64,000 nt of DNA from Octopus sinensis (GCF_006345805.1 NC_043010.1:8556001-8620000); one strand, 5' to 3'. Positions 38,721 through 52,265 are shown, numbered from the stretch's first letter. The notes: a model not told the origin generated them from the letters alone. Made by a program: numbers and translations.

Positions 38721-38878
38721 ATATATATATATTGCTATTATTTTGAAGTTCATTGAAGAATAGCAATGAAACATATCCTTATGTGACTCAATACTCCAAG
38801 TGGAATTCAATTTATTGTAAAGTTCATATTTACCATGACTTTATAATATATACATATAACATGCACAAATATATGTGC

Positions 38879-38924
<46 letters not shown>

Positions 38925-39408
38925 AATAATAATAAATATTAGGGAATAAATCCAAATTTACAAGGAAAAATCAGATTTAAGATTGAATCCAATTTTATAA
39001 TAAAATATTATATTATAATAAATTAGAGACAAAACCACTATTATGCAAATCAAACAAAGAAAGACTTAAGCCAATACATAAAATATCCTAGAAGGTATTG
39101 GAATATCATTGAAAGATGAATTCCAAAATAGCGGTTCTATCTTACCTGTAAATTCCATAACTTACGAATTTGAGATATTACACTCAATATACATGGGCAA
39201 AACACTTCATTTCATGTTGCTCCAGTCCGCTCAGCTGGCAAAAGTGAGTAATGTTGCGATGGACTGGTGTCCCGTCCAGCTGTAGAACATATACGCCATT
39301 GAAACTGGAAAACCAGGCCCATGAGCCTGGCTAGGCTTTAAAAGGGTGCATTTATTATATATATATATATATACATACATATATATGCACATGCATGCAT
39401 ACATAGAT

Positions 39409-39439
<31 letters not shown>

Positions 39440-39537
39440 TATACAAATTAAATACATACACATACATATGTATATAAACATGTATATCTATATCTAGATA
39501 TATATGTGTGATATATATTTTATATTTTAGGTTTAGA

Positions 39538-39589
39538 AACCACCTGAAGAATGTCTAAGATGTGCTGACACGAAACGATCGTAGTGGTT
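39538..39589 (+). ncRNA. Minimal type-I hammerhead ribozyme candidate
   Basis: AACCAC-CTGAAGA-A-TGTC..GACA-C-GAAA-CGATCG-TA-GTGGTT: perfect 6-bp stem I, intact core, palindromic stem III; predicted cleavage after 39583. Confidence 0.75.
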
Positions 39590-39708
39590 ATTCATTTGTT
39601 AAATTTTAATTTATATAAATTATTTTATATTTTATGTATTGGCTTAAGTCTTTCTTTGTTTGATTTGCATAATAGTGGTTTTGTCTCTAATTTATTATAT
39701 ATATATAT

Positions 39709-39746
<38 letters not shown>

Positions 39747-40776
39747 TATTATATATATGTATATGTATATATATGTATATGTATATATATATGTGTATAT
39801 ATGATATATATATGTATATATATATATATAACGCCATGATAGATCGTTAGCTCCTACATGCATTTTTTTCTCTCCCTGTTTCTTTCCTGTGTATCTTTCT
39901 GTCAAAGAGCATAGGCTCGAAACGTAAAAAACTTGTTCTATTTCTATTCCTGAGCGCCATACTAATACATTTGTTTGTTTGTACTCCACCTGCCTTCGTC
40001 TTTTGTTTATTTTCTTAAACCTTCCCGTTATATATATATATATATGTATGCATATATATTTATATTTATATTTACATATATATGTTTGTATATCCACACA
40101 CATAGACGCACGCATGTATTAAGAGGAAGAATGGTGAAATATATCGCAACCAGTCATTCATACTCACTGCCACTATGATTATTACTACTAATACCATCAT
40201 AGTCATTATCATAACAATTACCACTGTCAGTCACAATCACTGCTACCATTAATATTACAATACTACCATCACCCTGGCCAACACTAGTGTCATTACCATA
40301 ATCATTTTATCATTATCAATTTAAATACTTGCATTAGTTAAAATGTAATAATAATTTAAATTTTCTGGACAGTTAACCTTATCATTTGCAGCTTTTTTTT
40401 TTCTTTCTATTTTTTAATTGTTATTGTGTGAAATTTAGATTATATTTCAATTGGTCTAACGTCTGGTTGTCTTCAGATACCTTATTTCTTCAAACATAGT
40501 GTAAAAATGCAAAAACATGAAAGATGAAATTAATTGTTTGGAAAATTTAAACCATTATTGCCATAATCTATCAGAGAACTTTGAAATATGTAACCATTAG
40601 CTGAGTGATTAGGAAAATCATAGAAGTTTTGGACATTTCATTATTTCAGTGATTACAAAAGTTCCTAATTTTGAGCTGCTAATGTGAATTTCTTACATTG
40701 TCACAAGACTATGAAACAAATTATGGAGAAATCTTACTGTTGATTCCATTAATTCAACTGGTGCTTATTTTTAGAT

Positions 40777-41156
40777 ACTCTTTTACTCTTTTACTCTTTT
40801 ACTTGTTTCAGTCATTTGACTGCAGCCATGCTGGAGCACCGCCTTTAATCGAGCAACTCGACCCCGGGACTTATTCTTTTGTAAGCCCAGTACTTATTCT
40901 ATCGGTCTCTTTTGCCAAACTGCTAAGTAACGGGGACGTAAACACACCAGCATCGGTTGTCAAGCAATGCTAGGGGGACAAACACAGACACACAAACATA
41001 CACACACACACATATATATATACTTATATACGACGGGCTTTGGTCAGCCCGGGACTATAGCAGAAGACACTCGACCAAGGTGCCACGCAGTGGGATTGAA
41101 CCCGGAACCACGTGGTTGGTAAGCAAGCTACTTACCACACAGCCACTCCTGCGCCT
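40777..41156 (-). mobile_element. SINE family A with internal deletion
   Basis: Consensus match lacking ~30 bp. Confidence 0.9.
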
Positions 41157-41515
41157 GATTAATTACATTCTGAATTCAAATTCTGCTGAAGTTGACTTTG
41201 TCTTCATTCTTTTTGAGGTTGATAAGCTAAGTACCAGCTGAGTACTGGTATTGCTGTAATCAACTAATCCTACCCTACAAAACTTCAGGCCTTTTGCCAA
41301 TAATAGAAAGGATTATTATGAGCAAGGTAGCACAATCGTTAGCATGTCGGGTTCAATACTTAGCAGCATTTCATCTATCTTCATGGTCTGAGTTCAAATT
41401 CTGCTAAGGTTAACTTTGCCTTTCATCCTTTCAGGGTTGATAAAATAAGTACCAATTGAACACTGGAGTTACTCCTTCCACTAAAATTGCTGACCTTCCG
41501 TCAAAACCTGAAACC

Positions 41516-42317
41516 ATTATTATTACTATCATTATCATTAGTTTTTCTTTGGTAGTTTCATGCGAGTTTTTACTACACCACTTGATGCACTCCAAGTTCT
41601 TGAGGTGTGTATGGCATTGTGTTCTTAGCTTTAAGGGGACAGGAGGAATAAGGATTCCTCCTGTTGGTGCATTGCATCAGTTTGTTTTCTTATGGGGTTT
41701 AGTTTCTTGTTTTTTTTCTGTTGTGTGTGATGTGTGTAATGTGAGTTCTTTTTATTTCATTGGTTCTTAATTCTGCATAGTGTATGTTGCATCTATTGTA
41801 TCATTTTAGATTTATTAACCCTTTCGTTAGCGTATTTATTTTGAGATGTTCTGTGTTTCTTACAATTAATTTTAACTATAACAAAGAATTTTGTAAAATA
41901 ACTTAGTTCTCATTCAGCTAGTGTTAGGAACATAAATTGTGATTAAGGTTTGGTGGAAGATTTTAATTCAGAACTTATAAAAGCAAGGCATTTGTACTAC
42001 AGAGCCAGAGGCGGTTTCGGCCGAGTTGGTATTGAAAGGGTTAAAGGCTCATTGTATCGGATGAGTGTTGTGTGTGAAGATTGTTCTGTTTGATTTATTC
42101 GATTGAAGCGTTAGACTGTTGTGCAAGATCTGCGCTGTTCCTTGCAGAGCTATTTTTGGGGGGGCAGTATGTAGCCATTGTGATCCCTGTTACTATTTTG
42201 GTTTGCTCTAGGTTTGGTCTTATTTTTGGTAGGATCTATGTGGCTAGTGGATTACTACTTGTAACCTTAGGTATTTACAAGTTTTCAGTAGATTTTCAAG
42301 TGCTTAGAAATCTCCTG
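41516..42317 (-). mobile_element. Probable R4/Dong-type non-LTR retrotransposon 3' remnant, split by a MITE
   Basis: Minus strand ...PKIALQGTAQILHNSL resembles R4/Dong ORF ends (QKIALLGTAHIL); AAT-like tail at ~41516-41540. Confidence 0.4.
41819..42040. mobile_element. piggyBac-type MITE
   Basis: TTAA TSD and CCCTTT/AAAGGG ends. Confidence 0.85.
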
Positions 42318-42340
42318 ATCATCATCATCATCATCATCAT

Positions 42341-42744
42341 CAGGAGTGGCTGTGTGGTAAGTAGCTTGCTTACTAACCACATGGTTCCGGGTTCAGTCCC
42401 ACTGCGTGGCATCTTGGGCAAGTGTCTTCTGCTATAGCCCCGGGCCAACTAATGCCTTGTGAGTGGATTTGGTAGACGGAAACTGAAAGAAGCCTGTTGT
42501 ATATATGTATATATATGTGTGTGTGTGTATATGTTTGTGTGTCTGTGTTTGTCCCCCTAGCGTTGCTTGACAACCGATGCTGGTGTGTTTACGTCCCCAT
42601 CACTTAGCGGTTTGGCTAAAGAGACTGATAGAATAAGTACTGGGCTTACAAAGAATAAGTTCCGGGGTCGATTTGCTCGACTAAAGGCGGTGCTCCAGCA
42701 TGGCCGCAGTCAAATGACGGAAACAAGTAAAAGAGTAAAAGAGT
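42341..42744 (+). mobile_element. SINE family A
   Basis: Consensus match. Confidence 0.9.
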
Positions 42745-43417
42745 ATCCTCATCAACATATTCATCATCATCATCGTCATCATCGTCATCATCGTAATCAT
42801 CATTTATAACATGTGATTTGAGGGAGATTGGCTGCTATTTCTAACAGATGAACAACTATACAGAAGTTCCTTTATTAGCTTTATGATGAATTTGTTTTTA
42901 CAGCGGTGTGTCTTCTCAATTTACTAACCACTGAGCATGAGTGTCTGAGTATTTTTGAGCTCAGCTCAGCGCATCCCCACGTTGTAAATTTCCAGACACC
43001 ACGCGTCATGTTATATCAAGGCTACATTGAATTTTAAAACAAGAGATGCTGTATTAGAGAACTGCCATCTTGTATCAGTGGTCTGAGATGAGATAGTATC
43101 AAGAGATTTAATTTGATTTAAAAAAAAAAAATCTATATTATCAATAAGATGTTTATTATTCATTAGCATTGCCTTTATCATTATCTCTAATCAATAGTGA
43201 TATCTATGATTGAGAGATTAATGTGTTTGGCTACTGACTGTATCATCAAAAGTTGAAATCTAACTACTATTGTTATTGTGTTTTGTACTTCAGAGCAAGG
43301 TACATAACTCTGCTTGCTTCAGTTTGCCTGGCTGATATAAGAATAACTATTCTCTCCCTACTTCCTTGCTGGGTGAATAGCTATTAAAAAGACAGTCTAA
43401 TTTATCCTTTGTCTTAT

Positions 43418-43775
43418 GCTTGCTTCAGTCATTAGACTGCAGCCATGTTGAGGCATCGCATTGAAGAATTTTAATCAAATGATGTGACACCTGTACTTTT
43501 CTTTTCCATGCCTGGTAGTTAGTTATTCTATCAGGCTCTTTTGCTGAACTGCTGAATTTCAGTGACATAAACACACCAACACCGGTTGTCAAGCAGTGGT
43601 GGGAGACACTCACAAACATAAAGACACACACACAAATACACACACATACACACGTGTGTGCACGATGGGCTTCTTTCAGTTTCTACCTACCATATTTACT
43701 CACAAGACTTAGGGTCAGCCTGAAGCAATAGTGAAAGACACTTGCCGAATGTGGTTGGAAAGCAAGCACCTTACT
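43418..43775 (-). mobile_element. Older, diverged SINE family A copy
   Basis: Degenerate consensus match. Confidence 0.7.
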
Positions 43776-43802
43776 GTGCAAAAATAAATTCATTATGAAC
43801 TA

Positions 43803-44216
43803 AAGGCGCAGGAGTGGCTGTGTGGCAAGTAGCTTGCTAACCAACCACATGGTTCCGGGTTCAGTCCCACTGTGTGGCACCTTGGGCAAGTGTCTTCTAC
43901 TATAGCCTCGGGCTGACCAATGCCTTGTGAGTGGATTTGGTAGACGGAAACTGATAGAAGCCTGTCGTATATATGTATATTATATGTATGTGTGTATTTG
44001 TGTGTCTGTGTTTGTCCTCCTACCATTGCTTGACAACCGATGCTGGTGTGTTTACGTCCCTGTCACTTAGCGGTTCGGCAAAAAGAGACTGATAGAATAA
44101 GTACTGGGCTTACAAAGAATAAGTCCCGGGGTCGGTTTGCTTGACTAAAGGTGGTGCTCCAGCATGGCCGCACTCAAATGACTGAAACAAGTAAAAGAGT
44201 AAAAGAGTAAAAGAGT
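43803..44216 (+). mobile_element. SINE family A, full length
   Basis: Consensus match. Confidence 0.9.
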
Positions 44217-44439
44217 ACTAGATACTTAATGTCTGAAATATATATAAAAAAAAAATGGGTGATTGGTCATGGGTGGAATGTCTTTGACCTTAGGTTTATT
44301 CAAGTTGGGCTGTATTAGGGTTAAACAGTATCAACAACAACAACAACAATACACTCTTCATCGAAAAGCATTCCACCCAGGGGTGGTCACAGATATAAAA
44401 TGAGGAAAGAAAGCAGCAGAACCACCATTATTAGCATCA

Positions 44440-44750
44440 TAGGCACCACCACCAACCACCACCACCACCACCACCACCACTGCCACCACAACCACTGCCA
44501 CCATCACCACCACCAACCACAGCTGGCACCACCACCACTGCCACCACCACCACCACCACCACCACCAACCACCGCCACCACCACCACCATTGTCACTACC
44601 ACAACCACCACCACCACCACCACTGCCACCATCACCACCACCAACCACCACCACCACCACCACCACTGCAACCACCGCCACCACCACCACTGCCACCATC
44701 ACCCACCGCCACTGTCACCGTTGTCACCGCCGCTGCCACCACCAAGACAC
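44440..44750. repeat. (CCA)n-type low-complexity tract
   Basis: Directly visible. Confidence 0.9.
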
Positions 44751-45078
44751 AAGCAAAGAGAAGGTTTCAGGGGCCAATGCCTCTAGGAAGAAAGACTAAG
44801 GGTAGGGATTCAGTGTGTGGTGGGGGTGATGGGATGGTGGCAGGGAAGGGCATAGACATAACAAGGATAGCTTAAATACTGGCATTAGAGAGGATTTCTT
44901 AACTGAGGACATGAGGAAGAAAGACTAAGAGGAGGGGGTTATCGTGGTGGTGAGAGAGGTAGACACAACAAGGACAGTTCAAAAGCCTACAAAAATGCAG
45001 ACCCTTTTGCTAAAGCCACTCAAAGGGCAGGTGATAGCATTAAACCAGGAAACAAAAGTGAGATTTAAATGACTTTAA

Positions 45079-45646
45079 CCATTTTGTTACCGTATTTATT
45101 TTGAGATGCTCTGTGTTCCTTTCAACTATTTTAAATATAACAATGAATTTAGAAAAATAAATCTCAATAATAAATCTCTGAATGAGATGTAAACAGTAAT
45201 CGCTCGACAACGTAAAGTATACTAGCCATATCAATATGGCTAACCACTAAGGGTGAGTGTTACTGTAGCTTTTAGCCCCAGGAGATCATCGTCTCCAGCT
45301 GGCTTTAGGCACACTTTCTGTGCCCTTATGATATTTGCAAAGGGAGATCATCTCCTCTTGTAAACCTAAGTGATACACACTGACTGCAGTTTCGAGGTAA
45401 TTTGCCTCTTGTCAACGTACGGTAATCACCGGTTTATGACGAAAGGAATACCTGTTTGCAAATACTTATAGGTTTTTCTAGTGACTTCCATCACTGATTT
45501 TGAAAAACTTAATTATCATTAAGCTAGTGTTAGGAACATAAATTGTGACTAAGGTTTGGTGGAAGATTTTAATTCAAAACTTATGAAAACAAGACATTTG
45601 AACAACAGAGCCAGAGCTGGTTTCAGCTGGGTTGGTATCAAAAGGG
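45079..45646. mobile_element. piggyBac-type MITE carrying a ~345-bp insertion (45162-45506)
   Basis: Both MITE halves match 31722-31941; TTAA flanks. Confidence 0.85.
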
Positions 45647-46440
45647 TTAAAGAGGTGAGTCACAACAGGTAGGATAAGAAAAAGAAAGATAATATTAGGT
45701 TGGCACACAGAGAAAAGTTTGTATAGAGCTTGTTAATTCAGAGTAAGAGAGCCCCTAGTAAGCAGTTGCCACAGAATAAACCAAAAAAAAAATGTTTTAG
45801 GAGAAATATATCTGTGATAATATTGGTAAAAATTTGCATTTTTATTTATGTTAATGCAGTTTAAAAAGCCTTTCTACATATAAACTGCATCATCCTAGAT
45901 ATATGAACCTTGCTTCAATATTGGATTTATGTACGTTTTGTAGATGATCAGCAACTATTCAGAGCTGAAACTATGCAACATATGGCAATATGATCATCAA
46001 ATTCTTGTGACTTATTTTCTTCTAAGGCAACGCAGACAACTGGCTTACTTTCTGGGATTACTAAAACACAAACAAACTTCTTGATTACCAAAGGCTTACA
46101 TTTCTTATTGCTAAATCACAAATAAGTGAATATTGTTCCATAGAAAAATAAGTAAAAAAAAGATGTTCGTAGTTATTAATAATCCTAGAAGGTTTAGCAT
46201 TGTTGCCTGATGTAAAGTTGTGGAATGTTTCGTTGGCCATAATGTTCGTAATAGCCAAAAGATTGATGAATGTGTCAAGAAATATATCTGCTAAATCATA
46301 TTACACACATAACAAATGACAAATTGCTCAGAGAATTGAATTCTTCAAATAAAAAATACATATAAATAAACACACACGCACAGTCATGCACATGCACACG
46401 CACACACGCATACGCACACACATACACAAACATAAAAAAT

Positions 46441-46484
<44 letters not shown>

Positions 46485-46577
46485 GTATCTCTATCTATCT
46501 ACCTATGTATCTAATTATCAATCTCTCTCTTTTTCTTTCTCTTTACATATATATATATGTATATATGTATATATATA

Positions 46578-46642
<65 letters not shown>

Positions 46643-46743
46643 ATGAGGATGATGATATATACAAATAATATATATATATATATATTGTGTGTGTGTGCAT
46701 ATATATATATATAATATGTATATATATATATTATATATATATA

Positions 46744-46782
<39 letters not shown>

Positions 46783-47228
46783 ATGCATACACATACACAC
46801 ATATAAACCAAGTATTGTATAACTAGGAATATATCAGCCAGTGTATCCTTCCTTTTCTTATAAATCGTTAGAGTGTAATTGAAGGGAGGAGACAGAGCTA
46901 TTGTTTCTAGCAGGTTGAATGAGTAGTAAAGAATAGAATCAAGCAGGTAAAAGAGAAACTAGACATCAGGTATACTCCACGAATGGAGAATATCTAACAC
47001 GATAAATGTTGGCATCAGGAACTTCTTTATTCATACGCCTATTGTTTTATCAGATTAAGGATGTATGATGGGTAAGAATATATCAAAAAGGGGTGTATAA
47101 CAGATATATATAATAAGTTCTCAGACCAGGCCAGATACCTAAAATTCAAATGTTGAATAAGAAGAGATGGAATTAAGGCAAATAAGAGTTGGCTATCGGC
47201 ACAGTACCAGTAAATCTAATGAAAGTAT

Positions 47229-47896
47229 AATAAAATAAGGACACTCAGAGATCACAAACCTTCGCCAAGGCAAGACCAACTTCTTCTCAACACTTAGCCA
47301 GAGAGGGTTTTTAAAATGAGAATATCTATATATATAAAACTGAAGTTGTGTGGTGTCTGTCTCCTACGATTTAGATTCCTAACTACTCCCACATTTTGCG
47401 GTGCAGTTTAACCCAAACCAGGTATCTTATAGTCGTGATTCATATTGAGCCCTTCAGGGTATTAGCACGCGTCTACGATGAGTCTACGATTTAAAAAAAA
47501 ATTTAACATAATTTTTTTTCATTTTAATGCATTTTTTTGCTATTATATAAGGGAAGTAACTCTCTAAAAATGCTTATATAGTTATTTCCCTTACAAACCC
47601 GAGCAACGCCGGGTGATACTGCTAGTCTCAAATAAACTCGACTGCTCTCACGAATGAGAATACCAAAAATGAACCCAACCGCTCTCAAAAATTAACTAAA
47701 AACAACAGGAAAAATAATCCAGAATTCTTGTCCGGTACTGGATTGATCCCAAAATCTAATCAGTTTTTGCCAGTCATGAGGCTAAACAACCTTGAAAGTT
47801 TCATATGAATCTGTCCAGTGGTTCTTGAGATATCTTGTCTGCGACAAACAAGCACCACTGGAAACAATACATCTGCCTTCGCTAAGACGGAAGTTA
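47229..47896 (+). mobile_element. Helentron-associated (HINE-like) element interrupted by a Helitron
   Basis: 5' aaccttcgccaagg and 3' ctgccttcgctaagacggaagttaa subterminal repeat and hairpin; classification is inference. Confidence 0.45.
47325..47625 (+). mobile_element. Non-autonomous Helitron
   Basis: A|TC...hairpin...CTAG|T. Confidence 0.9.
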
Positions 47897-48110
47897 AGTT
47901 AAGTTAAGTTAAGTTAATATTTTGGCTCAAAAAGCAAAAAGCAAGGCCATATAGGGGGACATGGAGTTATGTACAGGGAGGGTGTTCATGCAAAGAGTTC
48001 AGGCCATTTGTGGTCAAGGGAGACTTTGAACCGAGCGGTCGTCGGCATCTTCACTATCTCGTCCGGCAGCTTATTCCACGGATCCGCAACCCGGTCAGAG
48101 AAGTAATAAA
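47895..48110 (-). pseudogene. CR1-group LINE 3' end
   Basis: YYFSDRVADPWNKLPDEIVKMPTTARFKVSLDHKWPELFA*; (TTAAC)n tail. Confidence 0.75.
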
Positions 48111-48549
48111 GGATAGACAGGAGTTTGTAATTCATTTCAGGTCTCTTATAAAATAGTTTTTCAGAAGTGAGTATAAAGATTAAGTAATAAAAAAACCCCC
48201 AAAAAACAGGAGTATTGAGAAAACAAGAGTTCATAGTAATTCTTTTTAAATATTTTTATATCCCAAGAGTTCCTGCTGTAATATCACTGACAAAATGAGA
48301 GAATCTGAATAGTTCTTTGTAGTGGTTCCTACTTGATAGGTAGGCAGAATCAGAAGGTTTCATATTTGAACCTCACAAAAAGAGAATGGATGATGCAGCT
48401 TTACAACTGTTTCAGGGTTTGGCGTTCAGTGAGTGCAGCAATGTGCATGAAATAGATTGGTGTTAATGAATGCATAAATTATAATGAACATCTTACACCA
48501 TTTTCATTAGAGAATGAAGTTATAGTGATTGATGGTATTTAGAATAAAT

Positions 48550-48771
48550 CTCTTTACTCTTTTACTTGTTTCAGTCATTTGACTGCAGCCATGCTGGAGC
48601 ACCGCCTTTAATCGAGCAACTCGACCCCGGGACTTATTCTTTTGTAAGCCCAGTACTTATTCTATCGGTCTCTTTTGCCGAACCGCTAAGTAATGGGGAC
48701 ATAAACACACCAGCATCGGTTGTCAAGCAATGCTAGGGGGACAAACACAGACACACAAACATACACACACA

Positions 48772-48833
<62 letters not shown>

Positions 48834-49000
48834 ATACATATATACGACGGGCTTCTTTCAGTTTCAGTCTACCAAATCCACTCACAAGGCTTTGGTCGGC
48901 CCGAGGCTATAGTGGAAGACACTTGCCCAAGGTGCCACGCAGTGGGACTGAACCGGAACCATGTGGTTGGTAAACAAGCTACTTACCACACAGCCACTCC
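48550..49000 (-). mobile_element. SINE family A
   Basis: Consensus match. Confidence 0.9.
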
Positions 49001-49409
49001 TTTATATAAATATAAAAATACATAGCCACAGCTCATAGAGAGAAAGAGAGAGAGAGTTAATAATAGATAGAGGGCTTAGAGGAAAAGAGCAAGATTGAAA
49101 TAATGTAAGAAGAGAAGTGAGGAAAGGAGTCTGTGGAAGGAGACATAGAAGAACAAGAAAAAGAGAAGGTAAAAGGAAAGGAGAAAAGGGGAAGGATAGA
49201 AGATGCATAGATTAGAGAGACGGGCATAGCTATACTGGATAGATGCACAAAAGACGATGAGGTGACACTTAAAGGCTAAAAGCTCAGAGAATGCACAGAG
49301 GAGTTAAATATCAAAAGAGCATAAGGGTGATAAATGGTAAGATAAGAATTAACAGGAAGAGTTATTCAGTCCTCTGCTGTGTTCAAGCCTGCATGAATGT
49401 CTAAGTGTG

Positions 49410-49800
49410 GGACATACATACATACATACATACATACATACATACATACATGCATGCATACATACACACATACACACATACAACATACATACATACATAC
49501 ATACATACATACAAACACACACATATATACATATATACATACATACATACAAACATACATACATACACACATACATACATACAAACACACACACATACAT
49601 ACATACATACATACATACACACACACATACACACACATACATACATACATACATACATACACACACACATACACACACATACATACATACATACATACAT
49701 ACATACACACCACACAGATACATACATACATACATACATACATACATACATACATACATACATACAAACATACATACATACATACACACATACATACATG
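49410..49800. repeat. (ACAT)n/(AC)n microsatellite
   Basis: Directly visible. Confidence 0.95.
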
Positions 49801-50106
49801 CATAACCTTTAGTTAAGCACCCATTAATGCTATATCACCTGAAGAAATGAATCCATGAAGATGATCTACCTGATGCCCACAGATACTACGGCCTACACTG
49901 TAATCATCCCAGGAATGTGGATTGTGATTCGTAGAAGTGCACGTAGTGATGCATTAAATTATTTATAAATTCCATCCAAGGATTATTGCTATTATTACTA
50001 CACACATTATATATATATATATATATCTGTAAAATAATATGTGACAGTTATTCGGTAGCCAAGATATTGAGGTCTCTTTCATTCTTTTGTTATCTTACTG
50101 TTTTTA

Positions 50107-50148
<42 letters not shown>

Positions 50149-50312
50149 TAAATTAGAGATAAAACCAGTATTAGGCAAATCAAACAGTGAAAAAAATAAG
50201 CCAATACATAAAATAATTTAAAAATATAAAAGTTAAAAATTAAAAAATTATATATATAATTTAAACTTATAAATTTTAAATATATATATATACAAATATA
50301 TATATATATATA

Positions 50313-50825
50313 CTAGCAGTATCGCCCGGCGTTGCTCGGGTTTGTAAGGGAAATAACTATATAAGCATTTTTAGAGAGTTACTTCCCTTATAGATGCCAA
50401 TTCGGGCTTTCTTAGCCATTTCTGTTTTGGTGTCTTCAAGCCATGAAGTCGTTGTTCTAAACGAACGCTGGTCTCCTTGACAACGCTTTACGACGTTGAT
50501 TTCCTTACACTCCCTTCCCCACAGCTTCACGAGGGAGGGAAGAAGGGGGAGAAGCAAACAGGTGCAGGTGTGACCATGGACGCCAACTCCGCCGCCATCG
50601 ACACACGAAAAATTATGCATTAAAATGGAATAAAAAATGATGTTAAATTACTTTTAAAATCGTAGACTCATCGTAGACGTGCGCTAATACTCAGACGAGC
50701 TCAATATGAATCACAACTATAAGATACCCAAATTTGGTTAAACTGCACCGCAAAATGTGGGAGTAGTTAGGAATCTAAATCGAAGGGGACAGACACTCAC
50801 ACAACTACAGTTTTATATATATAGA
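50313..50825 (-). mobile_element. Non-autonomous Helitron with GC-rich insert
   Basis: Reverse complement of the 16329-16836 type; TC and CTAG ends. Confidence 0.9.
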
Positions 50826-50854
50826 TGTATATATATTTTTATATTTATGTATTA

Positions 50855-50886
<32 letters not shown>

Positions 50887-51039
50887 TTAATATAAATATC
50901 AAAAGTATTAAAAGTTTAATAATATATATATATATATGTGTATGTATGTATGTATATATGTATGTATGTATCTATGTTTATATAGGAACAAAGTGATGAC
51001 ACCAGAAAAAAAAGCAAAGGTTCTATAATGAACTTCATT

Positions 51040-51120
51040 AGCTTACAACTGTTTCTGCAATAAGATGTTGTGGACTGTTAGCTGAGTCCCTGGGTAATAT
51101 CCTACAGCTTCATCAGAGCC
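51040..51120 (-). ncRNA. Type-I hammerhead-like motif with long stem II
   Basis: GGCT-CTGATGA-[~50-nt imperfect stem II]-GAAA-CAGTTG-TA-AGCT. Confidence 0.6.
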
Positions 51121-51513
51121 TTGAATATGCAGTGCACTTTATTTAGGAAAAAATTATATTTTCAGAACATACAGGCATTATGTGTAAGTTAATGTTGATA
51201 CCTATGGAAAGATTTGGACAGCTAACGAGACATTCAAATTAATATTAATTTCAAATTTTTAAATTTTCACACAGGGCCAATGATTTGGTGGGAGGAGATA
51301 AGTCGATTACTTTGATCCTTGTATGCAACTGGTACTTATTTTATCAACCCTGAAAGGATGCAGGCAAAGTGGACCTCGGTAGAATTTGAACTTAGAATAT
51401 ATCTTGCTTGGCATGCTAATGATTCTACCAGTTCACAACCTTACCAATTCCACTTGCATTTAAATTAATATTAAGATTCAATCGTCTATAGTAAAAGATG
51501 TATACCTTTTCAC

Positions 51514-51759
51514 AATACCTATTTATTTGCTTCTTTATTACCCACAAGGAACTAAACATAGAGGAAACAAACAAGGACAGACAAATGAATTAAGTCGATT
51601 ACATCGACCCCAGTGCGTAACTGGTACTTAATTTATCGATCCATAAAGGATGAAAGGCAAAGTCAACCTCGGTGGAATTTGAACTCAGAACGTAACGGCA
51701 GACGAAATACGGCTACGTATTTCGCCCGGCGTGCTCACGTTTCTGCCAGCTCGCCGCCC
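51514..51759 (-). mobile_element. SINE family B, full length
   Basis: Consensus match. Confidence 0.85.
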
Positions 51760-52265
51760 TATTTATTGTTACATGGACTAAACCACTCCTGTTTCAAAAG
51801 ATAAATTAAAATATCAGTAAGAATGCAAACTGTCAATCCATTGATTAACTGGTGACTTCTGTCTTCCTTACTGTTTATAATAGACTACTCCAACTATCTT
51901 ATAATTTTGTATAAAAAATTCAATTTGGGTAAAATTGAGTGATGAGTTTTAGAAATATTTTTGATGAATGGGATGATAAAATTTATTTAGTTGAAATGAA
52001 ACTGAATCTGGGACAGCCACTACAAGCATTCTCCATTGATTCAATATCAGGTACTCACATATAATACTTGACTTAGCTAAAAGTCATTCATTTAAAAAAA
52101 AGTTACTTTATATTTAAAAAAAAAATTTTTTGGTTTCAGTCATTGGGTTGCAATCATGCGGGGACATCACCATCAAGATTTTTTAGTCAATTGCATCCAA
52201 CCAGTTGTTTATTTCCCTCAGGTATATATTTCATTATTCTCAATATTTCAAATGGCCAAGTTACC

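Noticed and set aside
45934-46300. Several short open frames on both strands in unique sequence
   Set aside because: No consistent splice-site pair or recognisable protein; cannot be supported without RNA data
48333-48428. Candidate exon ending in TTCA|GTGAGT
   Set aside because: Ambiguous acceptor and frame; part resembles the PLE-like repeat at 51040, so not called
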